Shown in pieces: positions 39,586-47,204 of a DNA stretch of 64,000 nucleotides; within the stretch, counting starts at the first letter, position 1, and each line of letters starts with the position of its first letter. Location of the stretch: the IMG/VR virus record IMGVR_UViG_3300042691_014730, positions 20,856-84,855 of that record; one strand, 5' to 3'. The DNA is from a virus (lineage: Duplodnaviria; Heunggongvirae; Uroviricota; Caudoviricetes). The position numbers and the translations under genes were made by a program. The notes under the pieces are model-generated. The model made no database searches and was not told the origin of the DNA. It saw only the letters and a list, made by a program, of their open reading frames with translations.

Positions 39586-40062
39586 CTAATCATCACCATC
39601 AAATAGATTATCATACTCTTCTTCACTCATATTGTCAAATATGGATTGATTATTTAATTTAGTTTCTAAAAAAGAAGGATTATCTTTATACCTGTTTATA
39701 AGCTCTTGTTTTGAGCAATATAAATCTGAGTCTATCAAAGAAACGTCAGTAGGGATAAGTTTAGATACTACATTTAATTGACTCTCGGTACTGCATCCTA
39801 TTGTACAAGTGAGAGAAGTCTTACTATCCGTTAAATTGTGGTTTGGAATTTCTGTAGAAGTTGTGCAATATACCATACTTTTATCAAAATGAGGAATTTC
39901 TACTCCACCTGTTCCATCTTGTATTTTCAAACTGGGAGTTACCTTAGTCATTACCAAAGCTATATGATCCTTTATGATCTTTACCTGTTGTTCGTTTAAT
40001 GTAGTAGCTCCACTTAGTTCTAGGAATCCTTGTAACCAGTAAATAAAGTCTCTTTCATTCAT
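39586..40062 (-). CDS. hypothetical protein with acidic C-terminus
   Basis: 158 aa. Confidence 0.35.
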   Translation of the reverse strand: MNERDFIYWLQGFLELSGATTLNEQQVKIIKDHIALVMTKVTPSLKIQDGTGGVEIPHFDKSMVYCTTSTEIPNHNLTDSKTSLTCTIGCSTESQLNVVSKLIPTDVSLIDSDLYCSKQELINRYKDNPSFLETKLNNQSIFDNMSEEEYDNLFDGDD

Positions 40063-40075
40063 GTTATTTCCCTTG

Positions 40076-40270
40076 TTATTTACAATTATCTTCTGCTTCT
40101 TGTTTAGTTTCGTAATATGTCTGACTCAAGTGTTTAATTCCATAGTTTTCACCAGAATAATATTTGAGACATACCCAAGCTCCTTCTTTAGGATATACCC
40201 AATAATGCCATGAGTACCGATTTGCACATGAGGTTACTATTAAAGGTAATATTATAAAAATTATATTCAT
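40076..40270 (-). CDS. small lipoprotein
   Basis: Signal peptide with lipobox-like LIVTSC. Confidence 0.4.
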   Translation of the reverse strand: MNIIFIILPLIVTSCANRYSWHYWVYPKEGAWVCLKYYSGENYGIKHLSQTYYETKQEAEDNCK

Positions 40271-40551
40271 TATAAGCCTCTTCTTTGTTTGTAAAAATTT
40301 ATTGCATTTAATTCTTTTTCATCAAATTGAAATAAATGAAATTCACTTTTGGAAGTTTCATCAATTTGCATACTACAAATAGGTACATAATTCCCAGTTT
40401 TTTCATCATGCCAAGCAGTAGCATTAACATATTTCATTTTCATTTCATTACCAATTGCAACGCACTTATTTGAAAATTCAGTCATGTCAATTGCCCTAGG
40501 AACTTTTTCAGAACAACCAATTAATAATAACAATACTAAAAATTTTACCAT
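40270..40551 (-). CDS. lipoprotein
   Basis: Lipobox LLLIGCSEK. Confidence 0.4.
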   Translation of the reverse strand: MVKFLVLLLLIGCSEKVPRAIDMTEFSNKCVAIGNEMKMKYVNATAWHDEKTGNYVPICSMQIDETSKSEFHLFQFDEKELNAINFYKQRRGL

Positions 40552-40561
40552 ATACTACCTT

Positions 40562-41119
40562 TTACCAACTAACATCCATATTACTATCTACAGTAAAATG
40601 ACAATTACTTCCATCTGTAGTCATGTAATTTCCTTGAGGTAGGACTGATAGATACCTATTTCCACCTACTTCAAAATATGCTACAAGTTTGTTACTGTTT
40701 GTCCTAATCAATACTTCATCGTATCCGACAGAATCTCCACAAGGATCAACTAACTCTGCTACAGATTCTTCTGTCTTTTCTTCTACTAATTCAGTTAACT
40801 CCACTATATCATTGTTTACGGAATTTTGTAAGCTATTTATAATAGATAATATGTTATTATACATACTATCATTCGAATCTCCTATAACATCCAGCTCGTT
40901 ATATAGTGAGTTTATTTCGTTTATATTATCTTGTATACTGAGTTCAAGAGCGTCGATTCTAACGTTGATCTTATCTATCTCTTCGTCTTGGTCTGAGTTT
41001 TTTCTATCTAAATGTTTAACGTCTTGATCGTAATTAGCACCAATTAAATCTCTAGTATATTGCTTTAAACCTTCGTTTCTACCACATGATACTAATAAAA
41101 TAAACATTAAAAACTTCAT
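40562..41119 (-). CDS. lipoprotein with coiled-coil region
   Basis: Lipobox ILLVSCGRN followed by a coiled coil. Confidence 0.45.
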   Translation of the reverse strand: MKFLMFILLVSCGRNEGLKQYTRDLIGANYDQDVKHLDRKNSDQDEEIDKINVRIDALELSIQDNINEINSLYNELDVIGDSNDSMYNNILSIINSLQNSVNNDIVELTELVEEKTEESVAELVDPCGDSVGYDEVLIRTNSNKLVAYFEVGGNRYLSVLPQGNYMTTDGSNCHFTVDSNMDVSW

Positions 41120-41128
41120 AACGTGTCC

Positions 41129-41305
41129 TTATTCAAATTTATTCTTAACGCAACTAGCTTTAACTCTAGTGTTTGCTGTTTCCATATTTATTAACTCTTC
41201 TAATGCTTTTCTACAAGAATACATATCTTCAAACTGAATTGAGTTAGTTGTCACAGACACTACATTGGATAATGTCATTACATAATAAATTAATATTGCT
41301 TTCAT
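41129..41305 (-). CDS. small secreted protein (58 aa), not in ORF track
   Basis: GGAG RBS. Product MKAILIYYVMTLSNVVSV... ATGA-coupled to an upstream 36-aa basic ORF (41302..41412) and a 42-aa TM ORF (41409..41534). Confidence 0.3.
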   Translation of the reverse strand: MKAILIYYVMTLSNVVSVTTNSIQFEDMYSCRKALEELINMETANTRVKASCVKNKFE

Positions 41306-41543
41306 TTTAATCTCCTATACGCTTTTTTAATTATCGTTGGTAGCTTCTTATTGTTCTTTCTTAAAGCTCGATTATAAAATTTAATCATTTGTTTAGCTTC
41401 TTTCTTTGTCATAGATTAAACCCTCTTACAAATGTTAAGTATATAACCCTAGCAAAAAAAATAGCAAGAAGTAGTGCAAGTGAAATAAAAACTAAATATT
41501 GTATTAAATTTAATATTTTTTCTAACACTTCCATTTACTCTCC

Positions 41544-42755
41544 TTAATGAAAGTCAGTATTATCTTTATCCAAATAAGCCTCAGAAATCCATTTTAATGA
41601 CTTTCTAGAGTTAGGACAAGATGGGTTATTATAATCTACTACAGATTTAATCACAATACCTTCTCGTATCTTTTGTGACGGACAATATACTGAATCACCT
41701 TTAGTAAGTTCGTACGCTTGTTCTTTATTAAAAGGTCCAGAGTATAAAGTAGGAACGATATCAAATCCTCGTTCTTTAGCGTACTCTTGTACCTCTAGTG
41801 GGTTTAACCATCTAGTAGAACCGTCTTCATTTAAAATCTTTACATCAAATAATACGAAGTGATGTTCGTTTTTAAATCCGTAATCATAGTTCTTTTGAAT
41901 GCCATGACCTATTAACTCTCCAAATATAGTTTCGTTTGGTTTAATCTTTTCATTAGCTTTTACTTTTTTAAAAACAGCACCGTAAACATCTTCTCCATAG
42001 AATCCAGTATATCCAACTCTGTTGGTTAATTCAACGTTATTAGAACCATAACAAAATTCGTATTTAGGTAATAGTCCTAGTGTATTCTTAATCGATCTTA
42101 AAAACATATTAAGACATGACAACAGAATACTTTTTCTTTCATTAGGTCTAGTTTTTAATAGTTTTAAAGCTGATAGTATTTCCTTAATAGAAGGAACTAC
42201 AGTAGGTAAGTAAGAACAACGTGCGTTACTACCATGTAACTTCTCTTGTATTACTACAATCTCACCTTCTTCGAATAAGTTAGGGAACCATTTAATGTTC
42301 TCAAGTCCGTTGAACTTATGGAACAATGGATTCTCTAGTGGTTTATTTCTAGAAGTCTTTACTGAAACAGAAAACGATGGAGCAGGAGGTTCATACTTAA
42401 CTATTCCTAGTTTCTCTGAAACGTCGTCTTCTTCGTTAATGTTTGATATATTAATTAAGTCTTTAACTTCGTCTAAGTTAATTAACATTCCCTGAGAAGG
42501 GAAGTTTCTGATTCGTATTTGTTTAACTCTGGACTTATGTAGTTTGATTTTACTTCCTTCTGGGAAGAGTTTAGACTCTAGTGAAGGAGGTAGAACTGAA
42601 TCAATAGGAACGTATAATACTGAGTCTCCTACTTTATACTTGTCTTTCTGAATAACTACTTGGAAACCATAAACTGTCGCTACCTCTAGTTTCTCCGCAT
42701 TAAAGTGAGGAGTGATGTTAATGATTTTAGTTAAAGGTACTTTAAATAGTGACAT
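41544..42755 (-). CDS. Rnl2-like RNA ligase (nucleotidyltransferase superfamily)
   Basis: Motif I EKLHGSN resembles Rnl2 KIHGTN. GGAGGG RBS. Gene has its own promoter. Confidence 0.5.
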   Translation of the reverse strand: MSLFKVPLTKIINITPHFNAEKLEVATVYGFQVVIQKDKYKVGDSVLYVPIDSVLPPSLESKLFPEGSKIKLHKSRVKQIRIRNFPSQGMLINLDEVKDLINISNINEEDDVSEKLGIVKYEPPAPSFSVSVKTSRNKPLENPLFHKFNGLENIKWFPNLFEEGEIVVIQEKLHGSNARCSYLPTVVPSIKEILSALKLLKTRPNERKSILLSCLNMFLRSIKNTLGLLPKYEFCYGSNNVELTNRVGYTGFYGEDVYGAVFKKVKANEKIKPNETIFGELIGHGIQKNYDYGFKNEHHFVLFDVKILNEDGSTRWLNPLEVQEYAKERGFDIVPTLYSGPFNKEQAYELTKGDSVYCPSQKIREGIVIKSVVDYNNPSCPNSRKSLKWISEAYLDKDNTDFH

Positions 42756-42866
42756 ATCCCTCCAGATATAAAAGAGTCAGGTAGCTAATCAGATACTGTC
42801 CGAAATGACTTTACTAGCATTTTGGTTCGAATCCATAACTAACAGTCGTGACCTGAACTCTAATTG

Positions 42867-42896
42867 ACTATATCACGTTTTAACGATTTTGTCAAG
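42867..42896 (-). promoter_or_regulatory. sigma70-like promoter TTGACA-N18-TATAGT
   Basis: Reverse complement reads TTGACAaaatcgttaaaacgtgaTATAGT. Confidence 0.6.
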
Positions 42897-42923
42897 CATT
42901 ATTTTTATCTAGTAAGTGTTATA

Positions 42924-43340
42924 TTAAAAATTTATGCTAATTGCATGTGAAGTTATTCCAAGCGATATAATATTTTCTAGTTTAAGCTCATAATTTTCAT
43001 TTTTATATAATGACATTTTAAAATTAGCCCCTAACACTGGTGTTATACCATAAACAGATGGAGGCATAATGTCCAATTCTTTAAATTCTTTAAAATTTGT
43101 ATTATATCCACCAAACACAAAATCAACATCGTCAGTAATTTTGGTAGATGTTACGGCACCAGTTATTTCACCGCACGCTGAGTCTCTACCTTTTAAAATT
43201 CCTGCTTTAAATTCTTCATCGCCGACCATACCTATAACGTATTCGTTGTGAATAGTTCCGTAATTATTGACAGTATTACAATAAGGCAAGCTGGGTGCAA
43301 GATAATGATTAGTTATACCGCCATAAATTATAGTTATCAT
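42924..43340 (-). CDS. hypothetical protein
   Basis: 138 aa. Confidence 0.3.
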   Translation of the reverse strand: MITIIYGGITNHYLAPSLPYCNTVNNYGTIHNEYVIGMVGDEEFKAGILKGRDSACGEITGAVTSTKITDDVDFVFGGYNTNFKEFKELDIMPPSVYGITPVLGANFKMSLYKNENYELKLENIISLGITSHAISINF

Positions 43341-43816
43341 ACTTTAATATAAACTACTATTTCGTTTTCACCAATAACTTCATTTATAATCTTTTCAATA
43401 ATATTCCAATCTCCACCACCTAACCCTGCTCCGATCTTAGGAATAGCTACTGTCTTACCACGATCTAAATATTTCTCTTTAAGTTTAATAAAGCAATCTT
43501 GTATTGCTTCATAGTCAACATACTGTTTTCCATCATACCCATAATTCTCTTGTGTGAAACAGTTTACTATTGTACGGTTTGGTGCTACTTTAATCGGTTG
43601 TATCATTCCTAATAATATTCCTTCTCCAAATCCCATTGACTTATAGTGTTCACATAATCCGTGATAACTACCTTTCACGATTGGATATCTTTCAGTTATT
43701 GTTTTAGCTAATCCTGAGCCAAACTTACTCTGACAGTTTACTCCATGAGCTATAATCTCACAGTCTGTATTAAATAGATCACCTTGTACGTATTTCAACA
43801 TAATCATAACCTCCAA
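43337..43816 (-). CDS. macro domain protein (ADP-ribose binding or processing)
   Basis: VQGDLFNTDCEIIAHGVNCQSKFGSGLAKTI and IPKIGAGLGGGDW match the macro domain GDIT / hhVNAAN / GxGGV and PxIGxGxxGG motifs. Confidence 0.65.
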   Translation of the reverse strand: MEVMIMLKYVQGDLFNTDCEIIAHGVNCQSKFGSGLAKTITERYPIVKGSYHGLCEHYKSMGFGEGILLGMIQPIKVAPNRTIVNCFTQENYGYDGKQYVDYEAIQDCFIKLKEKYLDRGKTVAIPKIGAGLGGGDWNIIEKIINEVIGENEIVVYIKV

Positions 43817-43961
43817 AACTATTTTCTACTTGTTTTAATTGAAATCCAAACCTAGTTAATATTTCTGCTAGTGGTTGAGATGGATTGTATATCCTTCCAT
43901 TCTGGATACTAGCATATAATAGCTCTAGTACTTCTTCCTTTGTAATTTGTTCTGTTTTCAT
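43779..43961 (-). CDS. hypothetical protein
   Basis: 60 aa. Confidence 0.3.
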   Translation of the reverse strand: MKTEQITKEEVLELLYASIQNGRIYNPSQPLAEILTRFGFQLKQVENSFGGYDYVEIRTR

Positions 43962-44854
43962 TAAAAATCTCCATAATTGACTTGCAGTGTTCTTATATTT
44001 TTATTTCTAAGCATCTTTACTACTTGATCTCTGTCATCTAGTGCGAACTTAATATTGTATTTAGGTAAGATTTCATAATCTAGCAGTATACTCTTCACTA
44101 AATCGTCTCTTCTAAAATCTCCTCTGCTTCTCATTACTAATTCATCAAAGGGTATGTTATTATTTTGTAACCAAGTAGTTGTTAATGTTCTATAATCATC
44201 TGGTCTTCCAGAACAAAGTACTATTTTAGTTCCTTTTTCTTTATAAGTTCTCAGTATATCAACGATATCCTCATAAACCAAGTCATTTATCATATCGTCA
44301 AAGAATCCTTTCCAGTTTTTCTTACCTTCACCGTGTACATGATGTAATCTTTGATCTATATTAGCGATTGTACCGTCGATATCACAGTATATTGCATCTG
44401 GTTTGACTTTTTCGCTGTATTTCTCCGTTAAAACGTTGTCTGCTTCGTCCTCAGTAATGTATTCATACTTACTGAAGAACGTGTTTAAAGCGTTTATGGC
44501 GTGTTTAGACGATGTTATCGTAGGATGGTTTAACCTACATTTCATTCTACTGAAACAAACGCTTAAAGGAACAATAATGTTGTGAATACTTGTAGTATAA
44601 CCTAGTTCTTTTGCTGGCTTTAGGTATCGTTCACGTTGTTGTTTACTAAAATTCATTCGGTCTACTACAATATCGTCTTGTCGTTCTAAAGCTTCTTTAA
44701 ATAATTTTAAATGACCTTCCTTGCCTTGATCGTCTTGCGATATTCTAGTATATCCTATGTAACTTTTACTAAGAGATGACTTACCTGATCCAGGAGGTCC
44801 AACTAATAACACTATGTTTTTCATTCCTTGTCCTCCCATTCTATTAGAAAACAA
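43961..44854 (-). CDS. pnk: polynucleotide kinase / 3'-phosphatase (T4 Pnk-like)
   Basis: N-terminal P-loop LLVGPPGSGKSSL. C-terminal HAD phosphatase motif IYCDIDGTIA (DxDGT). Confidence 0.65.
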   Translation of the reverse strand: MFSNRMGGQGMKNIVLLVGPPGSGKSSLSKSYIGYTRISQDDQGKEGHLKLFKEALERQDDIVVDRMNFSKQQRERYLKPAKELGYTTSIHNIIVPLSVCFSRMKCRLNHPTITSSKHAINALNTFFSKYEYITEDEADNVLTEKYSEKVKPDAIYCDIDGTIANIDQRLHHVHGEGKKNWKGFFDDMINDLVYEDIVDILRTYKEKGTKIVLCSGRPDDYRTLTTTWLQNNNIPFDELVMRSRGDFRRDDLVKSILLDYEILPKYNIKFALDDRDQVVKMLRNKNIRTLQVNYGDF

Positions 44855-45183
44855 GTCTTTTCTTTTGCTGTTTTTATAATTTTTTTAAGTGATGTAAATT
44901 GTATCTTATCTAAAACACTACACACTACAAATAAAACAGCTCCAACTAAACAAATAAATATAACTATCATTCCAAATTGAGAATGGGTTTTATAATATGA
45001 ATCTTCTGGGTAAGAGATAAATAACGTACCTATTGCTAAAAAAACACAAATTAATGAAAATAATGTATGAAGTGAAATAACAAACGTCATAACAGTTAAT
45101 ATTATTAATTGACATGTATTATTCGGTTCACATTGTGTCCAAAATTTTATAAACTTATATAACAAACCTTTTTTTAATCTCAT
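44821..45183 (-). CDS. membrane protein
   Basis: 120 aa with three or four hydrophobic helices. Confidence 0.35.
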   Translation of the reverse strand: MRLKKGLLYKFIKFWTQCEPNNTCQLIILTVMTFVISLHTLFSLICVFLAIGTLFISYPEDSYYKTHSQFGMIVIFICLVGAVLFVVCSVLDKIQFTSLKKIIKTAKEKTCFLIEWEDKE

Positions 45184-45380
45184 TTTCGTCCTTCTATGTG
45201 TTTTACAATAACATCAATTATATCATCCGTTAGAATCATTAGGAAAAATAGAAACGAAACTATGTTCATCAAAGGATAGAAAGAATATTTATATAATTCA
45301 GTCTGATTAAAGTAATTTGCAGCTAATAACGTTCCTAGCATTGGAAATACGTATATAAGAATAAAGAAGTTTACAATCAT
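45180..45380 (-). CDS. small membrane protein
   Basis: 66 aa. Confidence 0.3.
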   Translation of the reverse strand: MIVNFFILIYVFPMLGTLLAANYFNQTELYKYSFYPLMNIVSFLFFLMILTDDIIDVIVKHIEGRK

Positions 45381-45541
45381 CGTTTGCCCTTATACTTAGG
45401 TTTAGATTTACGTTTAGCACGTCTTCTGTTTTCACCGTCGTGCATAGGACAAAAAGAACACTTACCAGTCTCGTTACAAATTTTATTTCGACGAAGTTTT
45501 TTGTATTCTTGTGAATTATTCGTTTCGTCAATTCTTTTCAT
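45378..45541 (-). CDS. 54-aa basic zinc-ribbon protein, not in ORF track
   Basis: ATG 45541. Product MKRIDETNNSQEYKKLRRNKICNETGKCSFCPMHDGENRRRAKRKSKPKYKGKR. ATGA-coupled to the downstream gene. Preferred over the overlapping TTG-start ORF 45307..45531. Confidence 0.35.
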
Positions 45542-45830
45542 ACTTCGCCTTCAATTTCTCTAATAAAGCACGTTCTTTCTTTTCTTTTTCAGAAGAACGT
45601 TTTAATTTATCTTTTAGAACTTTTGTTTCAAGTTTAATTCGTTTATTGTACTCTGAATCAGTCTCATCTCTATGATATGCAATATATAATTCATCATACT
45701 CAAATCCTATATACAAATTATTAGATGTTTCATTTAATTCATAAATAGCATCTATTTCTTCTTTTAATTGATCTAAACTGATAGCACTAGAGTTAAGATA
45801 CATAAATTCGTGTATTTTCTTTTTACTCAT
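45528..45830 (-). CDS. hypothetical protein
   Basis: 100 aa. Confidence 0.3.
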   Translation of the reverse strand: MSKKKIHEFMYLNSSAISLDQLKEEIDAIYELNETSNNLYIGFEYDELYIAYHRDETDSEYNKRIKLETKVLKDKLKRSSEKEKKERALLEKLKAKYEKN

Positions 45831-45839
45831 AATATCTCT

Positions 45840-46061
45840 TTAGTTAGCATAAATTAAAGAAAATAAATTTTGAACTTCATCTTTTCCTAGAGTTTTATTA
45901 AGTACTTCTCTACAAATTAAAAAATCCTCTGATAACATGAAAGCATCTTCTCCTTTATGTAATTTTAAAAAAGCAGTGCAGTAGTCTAGTGCGTCAGTAA
46001 CAGATGCCTCTCCTTTTAAAGGAGGTTTTGTGTCTCTTTGAACTTCTACTGAAATTTTCAT
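45840..46061 (-). CDS. hypothetical protein (start moved to ATG 46061)
   Basis: AAGGA RBS before MKISVEVQRD. The tabled start at 46118 lies inside the terminator hairpin. Confidence 0.35.
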   Translation of the reverse strand: MKISVEVQRDTKPPLKGEASVTDALDYCTAFLKLHKGEDAFMLSEDFLICREVLNKTLGKDEVQNLFSLIYAN

Positions 46062-46077
46062 GTTATTCCTTTTGTTA

Positions 46078-46385
46078 AAAAAAAAGCGATAGCTCGCCAC
46101 CCTAACAACTTGTACCATAGTGTGTTACTCTATCGCACTCTTTCAACGTTACTACCGTTTAACAGATGATACGTTCTGTAGTGAGGTGAACTTTACTCTA
46201 AGCTATAACTTTGTGTAGGTAATTAAACGAAAGTATCTTCCGCCCCTTCCAACCCATAATTCGCTTAGACCAACGTTTCATAAACTACCGTAGTTCACTG
46301 CTGGGGAATTACTTTGCCTTCTAGTCAAGCTCATTTAAAGACGAAGTGTTTATCATGCTCCACCTTGACTTGGACTCACTGAGGT
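46078..46385 (-). ncRNA. candidate structured RNA (about 300 nt), GC-rich, bracketed by promoter P7 and a hairpin/U8 terminator
   Basis: No ORF. GC content is clearly above that of the flanks. Promoter at 46387-46416. The - strand reads GCGATAG-N37-CTATCGC followed by UUUUUUUU. Internal direct repeat CAACGTT...ACTACCGT occurs twice. Confidence 0.3.
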
Positions 46386-46386
46386 T

Positions 46387-46416
46387 ACTATATCATATTT
46401 TAAGAAATTTGTCAAG
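46387..46416 (-). promoter_or_regulatory. sigma70-like promoter TTGACA-N18-TATAGT
   Basis: Reverse complement reads ccTTGACAaatttcttaaaatatgaTATAGTaa. Confidence 0.6.
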
Positions 46417-47193
46417 GGATTTTTTTGTAATGTCGTAGATCGGAGGATCATACTTTGCACGAGAATAGTATCTTAGTGCAGAAATAACTCCGTTGTCTCC
46501 TTCTTCAAAATAATCCTTGAAAGAACGATGGAAAAGAAAATAGAAACTAAACCCAAGTTTACTAAAAAGGGTTTCTTTGGTTAGCTTTGTTTGAATTAAA
46601 GCTGAAACCTGATGAAATACTGTTGAAGTTTGAAAATATTTAGTATGAGATTTTAAAACATGAACTATTAAATGTAGAAGCCAGAAAAAATCCAACAAAT
46701 ATAGAAACAGAACTAAACTCTTCTTCTGAAATAACGCACGATATATAATAGACCATGTACTTAATCCACAAAAGTCTGGTAAAAACTTACGTTTACCTTT
46801 AGTAGTGTGGGTGTTTTGAAAAAAGCTACCACGTTTTAGTATATCTAGTGCGATTTTCTTAACTCTATTCGTTTCACCCATAAACCCAGCTAGGATTATG
46901 TAACCTATACTGTTATCTCTAGACACAGTTCTAGGGTCTGTCCACAGTCTACCCTCTTCTGAGTCTTGTATTGAGTGATAACGACGTATTTTACCGTTAG
47001 TAAAGAAGCGATATAGAGCTAGAATTGCTGTTGTCGTACATTTATTACCGTTCACCCATTCATTGTCTTCAGAAGCTAGTTTTTGGTACAAAGCGTTTGT
47101 TGTTAGAAAGTTAGAATCTACAGCATTAAAATGATCTGGTGTCTTTTGTACAAGAAATGTGTAATCATCTATGAATCTTTCTAACTTTTTCAT
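46393..47193 (-). CDS. hypothetical protein
   Basis: 266 aa. Confidence 0.35.
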   Translation of the reverse strand: MKKLERFIDDYTFLVQKTPDHFNAVDSNFLTTNALYQKLASEDNEWVNGNKCTTTAILALYRFFTNGKIRRYHSIQDSEEGRLWTDPRTVSRDNSIGYIILAGFMGETNRVKKIALDILKRGSFFQNTHTTKGKRKFLPDFCGLSTWSIIYRALFQKKSLVLFLYLLDFFWLLHLIVHVLKSHTKYFQTSTVFHQVSALIQTKLTKETLFSKLGFSFYFLFHRSFKDYFEEGDNGVISALRYYSRAKYDPPIYDITKKSLDKFLKI

Positions 47194-47204
47194 TTATTCT
47201 CCTA

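Noticed and set aside
42781-42860. GGTTCGAATCC T-loop-like sequence in the 5' UTR of the RNA ligase gene, considered as a possible tRNA
   Set aside because: Flanking bases do not form a 5-bp T-stem. No matching 7-bp acceptor stem or anticodon arm was found on either strand. Most likely a chance occurrence within the leader.
45307-45531. Tabled 74-aa ORF (TTG start) overlapping two neighbours
   Set aside because: It competes with an alternative 54-aa ATG-initiated frame (45378..45541) that is ATGA-coupled to the next gene and encodes a zinc-ribbon basic protein. The TTG frame is probably spurious.
46062-46118. Tabled start of gene 45840..46118 (MVQVVRVASYRFFFNKRNN...)
   Set aside because: The first 19 codons overlap the GC hairpin/U8 terminator and have no RBS. 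The internal ATG at 46061 with AAGGA is preferred.
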